IMG/VR virus record: IMGVR_UViG_3300030330_005672
Location: 1-38,126 of that record
DNA length: 38,126 nt
Reading direction: 5' to 3' (one strand)
Source: a virus
Lineage: Duplodnaviria; Caudoviricetes
Shown: piece after piece, positions 8,532-15,336 of the stretch
Layout of the letters: each line of letters begins with the position of its first letter
How positions within the stretch are numbered: position 1 is the first letter of the stretch
Notes under the pieces: model-generated
The model's database searches: none
The model's input: only the letters and a program-made list of their open reading frames with translations
What the model was told of the DNA's origin: nothing
Translations under genes and position numbers: made by a program

Positions 8532-9008
8532 TCAATCCATGAAGTTAAAGTATTTCTTTCGCCCGTCCCAAGTCGATGCATACTCAGAACTGTCAACCTT
8601 GATCTGGTAGCCTGCGCCATAGGGCGTGATCCTCTTATTTTTAAAATAGGTATCACTGCCGCTCTCTTCACAGTCAGAAGGGACAACATAACCGTCATAA
8701 CCTGCTTCACCTTCAACCACTTCATTCTCAAGCTTCTGTACAGAGACAGACTTACCAGAGGGAGAGACCTTGACCACCTTATAGAAGCCCACGATGGTCA
8801 TCGAGTAACCCCATGAAGAGAACAGAATATCGCCCACTTTAGGGATAGAGGGATCAACAGGCATTTGAGCGCGCTCGATCTTGTCCTTTTGGTCTTGAAG
8901 ACTGTTGAGATACTTGAAGTAGTCATCAGCACTGAGGACGCCAGCCAGGTAAAGATCTTTGATCTGTTGAATCTGGTTTTCGATTGTTGTGATGTTGTCT
9001 TGTGACAT
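8532..9008 (-). CDS. Hypothetical early protein (likely start at second ATG, MSQDN)
   Basis: Shared ACACTGGAGAA RBS; KVGDILFSSWGYSMT..FYKVV motif seen in small phage/plasmid proteins. Confidence 0.8.
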   Translation of the reverse strand: MSQDNITTIENQIQQIKDLYLAGVLSADDYFKYLNSLQDQKDKIERAQMPVDPSIPKVGDILFSSWGYSMTIVGFYKVVKVSPSGKSVSVQKLENEVVEGEAGYDGYVVPSDCEESGSDTYFKNKRITPYGAGYQIKVDSSEYASTWDGRKKYFNFMD

Positions 9009-9050
9009 GTTCATTCTCCAGTGTGTGTTGAACCTTTGCAGGCTCTTGTG

Positions 9051-9130
9051 TGTGTTGATACCTCTCTTACGAGGTCAGGACCTTGAAGCCCTCGCACGAA
9101 TCCAAGTCTCTCGACCTGTGACGCCTTTCA
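9051..9130 (-). repeat. Repeat B copy 1: structured intergenic RNA element
   Basis: Identical to 12312-12392 except in two hairpin loops; begins with the TGA stop of the upstream gene. Confidence 0.9.
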
Positions 9131-9421
9131 ACTGATGGTGATGTACTCCCAACGAAGCGCACCGAGCAGGGCCTTGAGACGGTCCTCTTTTGGAAAGTCA
9201 AAGCTCATTGAGGGTTGATTGAGACACGCCCAATCAGCGAGCGCCTCAAGGTCAGAGATGGTGTTAATGCCCGTGAGACCTGTAAGCGCCTCATGAACCT
9301 GATCATCGGTCATAGGGAAGAGATCACCCCAAGGTAACAGACCGATACGAGAGATCTGCTTGTTAAAGGTTTGGGTATTGATTGTGATTGAGCCGAAAGT
9401 TACTTTAACATCCTGTGACAT
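9128..9421 (-). CDS. Hypothetical early protein (likely start MSQDV)
   Basis: First gene after repeat A promoter; shared RBS. Confidence 0.8.
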   Translation of the reverse strand: MSQDVKVTFGSITINTQTFNKQISRIGLLPWGDLFPMTDDQVHEALTGLTGINTISDLEALADWACLNQPSMSFDFPKEDRLKALLGALRWEYITIS

Positions 9422-9422
9422 A

Positions 9423-9551
9423 TTCATTCTCCAGTGTGGTGACCCTGTATCGGGTCGGTGTGTGTGTCAGAGTGATCAACCACTCTATGTAAACGATCAT
9501 ATACATAACTGAGACACAACGCAAGCACTTTTTAAAATAAATTTAAAATAA
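9423..9551 (-). promoter_or_regulatory. Repeat A copy 1: strong early promoter plus structured 5' leader
   Basis: AT-rich UP tract, TTGCGT(9524-19)-17-TATGAT(9501-9496), hairpins AGAGTG/CACTCT and GACCC/GGGTC, RBS; near-identical to 13255-13382. Confidence 0.9.
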
Positions 9552-9585
9552 TCTTTTAAGCCCGAAATGAACGGGGTATATTATA

Positions 9586-9662
9586 GGTGTGTGTCGGGAA
9601 ATTTGACCGCGTGGGCTGTGCTTTCTCCAGTGTTTAGGGTTCGCGCGGTCGGTTTCCCACTA
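9586..9662 (+). ncRNA. Candidate small RNA: long hairpin whose loop is antisense to the shared early RBS
   Basis: 21-bp stem 9596-9617/9638-9658 with 6 G·U pairs valid only on the + strand; loop contains TTTCTCCAGTGT; TATATTAT -10-like box at 9577-9584. Confidence 0.55.
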
Positions 9663-9669
9663 ATCTTAC

Positions 9670-10146
9670 TCAATCTTGATCAGGTAACCACGTCTCAACC
9701 TTTTCATCGAGTTCTACCTGATCCTCGGTGAGTGTCTGTAGATCTCTGAATCGAGCAAGTTCTTGAATCATGAGCGTCTGCAGTTGAGAGAGTTGATCAT
9801 TTTTAAGTTGAAGAGAGATCTGTGCATCTCTGAGACGTGCGATGAGTGCGCTTCGATCTGCCTCTTGAGCAGATAGACGATCTTTTAACTCTTCAATCTC
9901 TGCGGGGTCCCGTCCAGAGGCTACGGCGATCATGGCAGAGATCGAGCCCGTGAGCACGCCCAGAATCCCAACCAACACATCACGATTATCCTTATTGATC
10001 TCGACCTTGGCGAGAAAGATGATCAGGAGCAGGATGAGGGCGAGATAGATGACACTGAACAGCCACCCGCGCCGCGCTTTGATCTCAGTGAGTGAGGGGG
10101 GCGCTTGATCCTCATCAGGGTCTTGTTGGGTCTCTGGTTCAGTCAC
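9670..10146 (-). CDS. Membrane protein with two TM helices and a C-terminal coiled coil
   Basis: WLFSVIYLALILLLIIFLA and VLVGILGVLTGSISAMIAV; heptad-rich tail; GTGA overlap with cyclase stop. Confidence 0.8.
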   Translation of the reverse strand: MTEPETQQDPDEDQAPPSLTEIKARRGWLFSVIYLALILLLIIFLAKVEINKDNRDVLVGILGVLTGSISAMIAVASGRDPAEIEELKDRLSAQEADRSALIARLRDAQISLQLKNDQLSQLQTLMIQELARFRDLQTLTEDQVELDEKVETWLPDQD

Positions 10147-10985
10147 GGGCGCTCTCCAGTGAGAATGAAGGTGGTCAAACTAACGACATACTCTATCCAT
10201 GACCAAGGGGGATGATCAAGGCCCCATATCTCGCGCGCGCTTGGTTTACGGATGAAGTTGAAGAAGAGAAAGAGGAGATAGACCAGGTTGATGAGAGCGA
10301 ACCGATAGAAGATCCAGAGGAACAGCTCACGCGCTCGCATGTGGCGAAGATGACTCTTGATGCGTTTAGGCCCTCCGAGCCTGCGCGCCTTCTCTGAACC
10401 TTCAGGGGGTTGCAGGCTCTCGGTAGTGATCCCGACACAGTAGACAGTCACAGGACGCTTGACGCCTTTAAATTGATAGAGACCTGCGACCGCGTAGCGC
10501 GTGCCTCTTGGCGTGTCATAATTCGTCATGTCTTTGATCGCCCTGAAGGCATCTTGAGTCAGGAGCACTTGACCAGATCCGCAGAGAGACATAGTGCGCG
10601 CGGCAATGTTTTTTGCAACCCCTTCAAGCTCAACCGGCTTTGCCCCGCCCATGATCTCAAGCTCGTTCTGAGTCACCTCCACAACGTCACCGACATGAAC
10701 CCCGATCCGTGTATTGAGCCTGATCTTGATGGGGATCGTGATCTGATAATGGAGGGCGAAGTTTACCGCATCGATGGGGCGATTGAATGAGAGCAGGAAA
10801 CCGTCACTCCGATCAATCTCTCTCCCACTAAACTTGTACATGAGCGAGCGTGTGAGACGATCATGATACTGTAACCAAGACGCGGCTTTCATCGGTCCGA
10901 CTTTCTGAACGAAGGCCGTTGAACCGATGAGATCTAAAAGAACAATCGCGAGGCGTCTCTCGCGCATGATCGGAGCTTTGCTCAT
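10143..10985 (-). CDS. Class III nucleotidyl (adenylate/guanylate-type) cyclase with C-terminal TM segment
   Basis: LLDLIGST, DRSDGF, RIGVHVGDV, GVAKNIAAR, GQVLLT, FKGV motifs. Confidence 0.88.
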   Translation of the reverse strand: MSKAPIMRERRLAIVLLDLIGSTAFVQKVGPMKAASWLQYHDRLTRSLMYKFSGREIDRSDGFLLSFNRPIDAVNFALHYQITIPIKIRLNTRIGVHVGDVVEVTQNELEIMGGAKPVELEGVAKNIAARTMSLCGSGQVLLTQDAFRAIKDMTNYDTPRGTRYAVAGLYQFKGVKRPVTVYCVGITTESLQPPEGSEKARRLGGPKRIKSHLRHMRARELFLWIFYRFALINLVYLLFLFFNFIRKPSAREIWGLDHPPWSWIEYVVSLTTFILTGERP

Positions 10986-11022
10986 GATCCCCCCGAGGTG
11001 TGGATGTCAGGGGGTCATGGTA

Positions 11023-11673
11023 TCACGCTTGGTCAGGTTTTGGATATGGGGAGAGCGGATAACACAGCGCGCGCTTCATCGCGTCTCTCTTGCGCTTTGG
11101 CCCTAACAACTTCAGGTATCTGTGCTTCTCACCTGTCTTCACAGCGCGGAGCCCTAGCGAGGACGCCTGCGCACTGGTCATGTTAGCGCCGTTTGTGCGC
11201 CTGTGTCGCTGTCTCCCGTTGGCGTCGATGAACCCGCTCGAGCTCTCGCTCACTCCGCAGTAGAGCCAACTCATCGCTTGATACACGCCCCCGTGATGGT
11301 CCTCGCTCATGTCAGCGTAAGAGATCAGGGCGTAGCAGGGGATCATGTCACGGCGCGCGCGCTCTGAAGTCCAAACCTTGACCGCGCGCGAGACGAACTG
11401 AGACGCGATAACCCCAGAGTCAGGAGCGATCGCGAGGCGCACCAACTCAAAGACATGAGGGGCCAAGTCACCGAACCACGCGCGCCTCACGTTAGGAGCG
11501 GCGGGGGTCGCGAACGAGACACACGCGACAAGGCGCCCATCAACATACTGAGCGTAAGACATAAAGGCGTTACCGCACCCGCCTAGATAATGATGCTCAT
11601 CATAGAAGGCGCGCGCGGTGTGTCGAGAGACCTTCTCGAGCTGGTCAGTGTTAAAGAGGTCGAGCTGTATCAT
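11023..11673 (-). CDS. Mom-family (GNAT-fold) DNA adenine modification protein
   Basis: HHYLG, ELVRLA, SQFVSR, LISYAD, HHGGVYQAMSWLY.G, KHRY motifs match Mu Mom-like proteins. Confidence 0.8.
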   Translation of the reverse strand: MIQLDLFNTDQLEKVSRHTARAFYDEHHYLGGCGNAFMSYAQYVDGRLVACVSFATPAAPNVRRAWFGDLAPHVFELVRLAIAPDSGVIASQFVSRAVKVWTSERARRDMIPCYALISYADMSEDHHGGVYQAMSWLYCGVSESSSGFIDANGRQRHRRTNGANMTSAQASSLGLRAVKTGEKHRYLKLLGPKRKRDAMKRALCYPLSPYPKPDQA

Positions 11674-11679
11674 GTTCTC

Positions 11680-12264
11680 TTAATCGTCAGGGTTGAGAAG
11701 CCTGTAATCAAGTTGCAAGTAGCTGATGAGGTCAGGGTGTGTCTTGGTCAGCGCGCGCTTGACATACTTAGGGAGATCATCGAGATACTCTCCAAAAAAT
11801 TCAACCCTCCCAGTTCCGTACCCTTTGAGTTTCCGTCTCTTGTACACTGTCCATGTAGGAGAGAGGTCTTTGATCTTGAGATCTCGATATGTTGCGAGAG
11901 CCTGATCCACTTGCTTGAGCGAAAAGGTCCAGAGATCCCCCTCGCGAGAAGAGAGACGGATCTCATAAACGGTCTTAGGGCGCTTGTTCGGGGTCGCTTT
12001 GTGGACCCTCTTACCGTCATTGATTGAGATGGATGTACACCCCTTAAAGTTACTGAGCAGGGCGCGAGGTTTGACAATGCCTACAACCTTACCTTCATAT
12101 TGAGCGCCGCGCTTGCTGTACACGGTGAAAGAATGAGTAGGGAGATCATGGGCCTCTTTTACGGTCAATGTCGTGTCGGCAGGACCTTGAAGCCCTACCG
12201 CGTCAGAGAACAAGGTATCTTGACCCGTCCTGTGATCTTTAGTGATGATGTAACGATATTTCAT
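11680..12264 (-). CDS. Hypothetical basic early protein
   Basis: Shared ACACTGGAGAAA RBS; downstream of repeat B copy 2. Confidence 0.75.
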   Translation of the reverse strand: MKYRYIITKDHRTGQDTLFSDAVGLQGPADTTLTVKEAHDLPTHSFTVYSKRGAQYEGKVVGIVKPRALLSNFKGCTSISINDGKRVHKATPNKRPKTVYEIRLSSREGDLWTFSLKQVDQALATYRDLKIKDLSPTWTVYKRRKLKGYGTGRVEFFGEYLDDLPKYVKRALTKTHPDLISYLQLDYRLLNPDD

Positions 12265-12311
12265 CGATATTTCTCCAGTGTGTTGGACCCTGTTGTGTGT
12301 CTTGGGTCTGT

Positions 12312-12392
12312 TGTGTTGATACCTCGCTTATGAGGTCAGGACCTTGAAGCCCTCGCACGAATCCAAGTCTTAAAGACCTGTGACGCCTTTCA
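12312..12392 (-). repeat. Repeat B copy 2: structured intergenic RNA element
   Basis: Matches 9051-9130; includes the TGA stop of the upstream gene. Confidence 0.9.
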
Positions 12393-13253
12393 ACCTTCTG
12401 TGCCGCAATACTTATCAAGTTTACGCATTCCTTTATCGTATGCCTTTTGTAAAGTCCTTTTAGCCTGAAGATCGCGGCGAGTGCTGAACAAAGTGTAGTT
12501 GATATAGTCACCAAGACCACCTACCGCGTCATCAAGTACTGAAATCCAATCTCCGAAATACTCCTCAACAAAGTCATCATAACAAGCGAGGCCGCGAGTT
12601 TGGGCGCTTTGCATGTAGCAAGCTTTATTGATGGTCTGGACGAGTTCAAGCTCCTCCTCCGGATTGCGTCGCTCAAGTGTAACGGTCTCAGTCTCAGTTA
12701 CGGTCTCGGTCTCGGTCTCGGTCTTAGGTTCGGGCTTGGGAGCCTCACTCAGCGAGCCGAGCTGACTCAGCCTTTCGACGAGACAGGCTGGGACCTCATC
12801 GGTCTCTCCATTACAGTAAGCAACGACCGCTTCGTTATTAAGGCGAGCGACCTCCGAAGGGTTGACCCGACCGTGAGACAGATCCCAAGTCGTGATCCCG
12901 AAAAGGACCGTCCCGTCGTTCAAGAACTCATCGACGAAGATCGTGAGGTCGGTCGAGCCAAAATTTCGGAGAAATCCATTCTCATCCATGATGTGAACAG
13001 CGATATCGATCCGATCATTGATCTCGAAGTCATCGCGATCGAGGCCGAGAGCTTCAAGATCGAGATAGAATTCGTCGCTCACTGGAGCTGTGTTGAAGAC
13101 GGAAGAGAGAGCAACGTTGATGAGAGCGTCACTCTGAAGCGAACGACGCTCGAAGGCAAGAGCAATGTGAGCAGGGAGATCTGCTCTAGCGTAGTAGCCT
13201 CCGCTGAGAATATCTGAGGGGAGATCGCAGTTCGGAAGAGTTAGGAAGTTCAT
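12390..13253 (-). CDS. Acidic hypothetical early protein with TE-repeat linker
   Basis: First gene after repeat A copy 2; D/E-rich; KTETETETVTETET linker. Confidence 0.8.
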   Translation of the reverse strand: MNFLTLPNCDLPSDILSGGYYARADLPAHIALAFERRSLQSDALINVALSSVFNTAPVSDEFYLDLEALGLDRDDFEINDRIDIAVHIMDENGFLRNFGSTDLTIFVDEFLNDGTVLFGITTWDLSHGRVNPSEVARLNNEAVVAYCNGETDEVPACLVERLSQLGSLSEAPKPEPKTETETETVTETETVTLERRNPEEELELVQTINKACYMQSAQTRGLACYDDFVEEYFGDWISVLDDAVGGLGDYINYTLFSTRRDLQAKRTLQKAYDKGMRKLDKYCGTEG

Positions 13254-13254
13254 G

Positions 13255-13382
13255 TTCATTCTCCAGTGTGGTGACCCTGTATCAGGTCGGTGTGTGTGTC
13301 AGAGTGTCGATCACTCTATGTAAACGATCATATACATAACTGAGACAGAACACAAGCACTTTTGAAAATAAATTTAAAATAA
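13255..13382 (-). promoter_or_regulatory. Repeat A copy 2: early promoter plus leader
   Basis: TTGTGT(13355-50)-17-TATGAT(13332-27); same hairpins and RBS as 9423-9551. Confidence 0.9.
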
Positions 13383-13430
13383 ATACCCTGACGGGCTATA
13401 AGTACATGAAAAGGTTAAAGAAAAAAGTTT

Positions 13431-13622
13431 CTAATTTCTTTGATTTTCCCTCTTCGCGAGTCCTTCAAGGTCGGTTTTACTCTGTTTTGAGATCGGTGAT
13501 GATCTCGTGAGGGCGCGTTTGACCTCTTGATACAGCTCCCTACTCTCTTCATGTGCTGGTTGACCTTGGGTCTCTTGTACGAGGCGTCTATGTAGCGCTA
13601 AAAGGGTCTCCTGAGTGGTCAT
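13431..13622 (-). CDS. Small hypothetical protein (start MTTQE)
   Basis: AGGAG RBS; ATGA overlap with MTase stop. Confidence 0.6.
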   Translation of the reverse strand: MTTQETLLALHRRLVQETQGQPAHEESRELYQEVKRALTRSSPISKQSKTDLEGLAKRENQRN

Positions 13623-14593
13623 CGGTTTATCTCTCCTATTGTGCGCCACAGGACTCTAAAGGCGCGCTCTGCGGTGTCGGGTACAACTCCATTTCCGAGG
13701 AGTTGTAGTTCGTATCTACGATTGTCCACGGATCTACACAACTCGGCATAGTCCAACCGACACGTAACCCCATCAGGGTCTCGACCCATCGCGGGTTGAT
13801 CTTCGGTAGTGACTCTTGGCGGCTCCCAGATGAACTGTTTCGCACCTCTTGGCGCGGGGTAGATTGTACTTGATTCTCTAATCTGCTCCAATAATTTGGT
13901 TTTGCAGGATCTCCTCCACCTACGGGCGCGTTCGATATTGCGGCCCGTGGGGTATTCCATTCCTGAACCCCGTCTTGACTCTCTAAGCATCCCTGAAACA
14001 AGATCGCGTCCTGATTGCCTGAGATCGGAGCGCACGCCCATGATAAAGACTCTCTTACGTCTATGGGGGGCGCCAACTTCACGCGCGCTGAATACTCCCG
14101 CCGTCGCGCTGTAACCCAACCTCTCCAAACCTCGGAGGACATGGAGCAGAACGGGCGTGTCTTCAGGGTCGGCCCATTGATCACTCTTGAGTCGGCTGCT
14201 AATGATGCCTTCGACATTCTCCAAGAAAACAACGGGAGGTCGTCCCAGTTCTCTGATTCCTCGCACGATGTACGGCCAGAGGTGGCGGGGGTCTTGGTCT
14301 CCTGCGTGTTGTCCTGCGACACTAAATGGTTGACAAGGGAAGCCTCCACTGAGAATGTCCACTCTTTCACGAAACTCTGACCAAGGAAAGCTTTTAAGAT
14401 CCGACCAAATAGGCGCCACGTCGAGCAATCCCCCTTCAATCTTCGAGACCAAGTTTTCAATGGCGAAGGCTTCGATCTCCACATAAGCGACTGTTCGCAC
14501 ATCACCGAGAGCGCGTCCGAGTCCGAGATCGATTCCCGCGTATCCTGTGCAGAGTGAGAGGTGTGTAAGTTTTTCGGTAGTATCCACATTCAA
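13619..14593 (-). CDS. DNA cytosine-C5 methyltransferase, alpha chain (motifs I-VIII and X; IX absent)
   Basis: LCTGYAG, GFPCQPFS, DPRHLW, ENV, PHRRKR, LGNGVVP; true start may be GTG 14587. Confidence 0.9.
   Translation of the reverse strand: MNVDTTEKLTHLSLCTGYAGIDLGLGRALGDVRTVAYVEIEAFAIENLVSKIEGGLLDVAPIWSDLKSFPWSEFRERVDILSGGFPCQPFSVAGQHAGDQDPRHLWPYIVRGIRELGRPPVVFLENVEGIISSRLKSDQWADPEDTPVLLHVLRGLERLGYSATAGVFSAREVGAPHRRKRVFIMGVRSDLRQSGRDLVSGMLRESRRGSGMEYPTGRNIERARRWRRSCKTKLLEQIRESSTIYPAPRGAKQFIWEPPRVTTEDQPAMGRDPDGVTCRLDYAELCRSVDNRRYELQLLGNGVVPDTAERAFRVLWRTIGEINR
13636..14589 (-). CDS. Overlapping alternative-frame protein carrying C5-MTase motif IX (beta chain)
   Basis: 317 codons open inside the MTase gene; ends in INPRWVETLMGLRVGWT; ATG immediately after thyX stop. 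Confidence 0.7.
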   Translation of the reverse strand: MWILPKNLHTSHSAQDTRESISDSDALSVMCEQSLMWRSKPSPLKTWSRRLKGDCSTWRLFGRILKAFLGQSFVKEWTFSVEASLVNHLVSQDNTQETKTPATSGRTSCEESENWDDLPLFSWRMSKASLAADSRVINGPTLKTRPFCSMSSEVWRGWVTARRREYSARVKLAPPIDVRESLSWACAPISGNQDAILFQGCLESQDGVQEWNTPRAAISNAPVGGGDPAKPNYWSRLENQVQSTPRQEVRNSSSGSRQESLPKINPRWVETLMGLRVGWTMPSCVDPWTIVDTNYNSSEMELYPTPQSAPLESCGAQ

Positions 14594-15336
14594 AGTATTT
14601 CCTCTTGAGCGATCATCATCGTAGTAGGAAACTGTGCGGAGAGCAGAGCAGAGATCTTTTGAGCGATTAGGCGCGCTTCATATTGAGCGTGTTCTGTGTT
14701 CCTGAGCTTGATAAATCGTAGCCAGTTGTGAAGATTACCTGTCATATAGAATCTTGTCATTGTCGCTTGAGGGAGTACAGCTCGCGCTTGTTCCCTCGCG
14801 ACACCGCGACGTAAGAGATAATGATAGAGCACATATTGATCCTTGTAGCTCTGCGCGATCTGTTCTTTGAGATACCCTGCACCCGTGAGGGGTTCGGTCT
14901 CATCAGAGCACTGTAGAGCGCTCTCATGCTGTGTATAGAGCGTAGGGAATTGATAGATCTCAATCTCTGCGTCTGTGTAGCGTCTACTCATCTCATTATA
15001 TGAGAATGTACGATGTCTCATGATTTGGCGAGCGACGAAGAGAGGACACTTGAGCATGAACGTCGCCCCGAGGTGCTCAAACGGGCTCGTGTGTCCATGT
15101 CTGAGCAGGTAACGTGTGAGTTTAACATCGCGATCCACATCAGGCGCGCGTAAATCGCTCGCAGTGCTGACCCTCGCGGCCTTCACAGGAGTCTGATCAT
15201 CTCCGTAGCTCTGGATCAGCTCAACGGTGATCTGTCCGTAGTGCTCCAGATCGAGCGGAAGCGGTGCATGGTCCTCTTCAGTGAGTGGTGCGTGCTGGGG
15301 TGGTTGTATGTCCATTGTTAAATCCATCGTTGTCAT
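14590..15336 (-). CDS. thyX: Flavin-dependent thymidylate synthase
   Basis: H.SPFEH, RHRTFSYNEMSRR signature, EQARAVLP, HAQYE. Confidence 0.95.
   Translation of the reverse strand: MTTMDLTMDIQPPQHAPLTEEDHAPLPLDLEHYGQITVELIQSYGDDQTPVKAARVSTASDLRAPDVDRDVKLTRYLLRHGHTSPFEHLGATFMLKCPLFVARQIMRHRTFSYNEMSRRYTDAEIEIYQFPTLYTQHESALQCSDETEPLTGAGYLKEQIAQSYKDQYVLYHYLLRRGVAREQARAVLPQATMTRFYMTGNLHNWLRFIKLRNTEHAQYEARLIAQKISALLSAQFPTTMMIAQEEIL

Noticed and set aside
9014-9024. Shared leader as a CsrA/RsmA site
   Set aside because: GGA is preceded by CU rather than the ANGGA consensus and is not in a hairpin loop in the mRNA leaders
9051-9130. Repeat B as a tRNA, hammerhead ribozyme or integron attC site
   Set aside because: No acceptor stem or 7-nt T-loop, no CUGAUGA/GAAA core, no single long attC palindrome, and no integrase in the window
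12684-12726. GTCTCR hexamer run as a regulatory or phase-variable repeat
   Set aside because: An in-frame 6-mer encoding a Thr-Glu linker; length changes would not shift frame
9051-13382. Diversity-generating retroelement template/variable repeats
   Set aside because: No reverse transcriptase; the repeats are non-coding and differences are not adenine-specific
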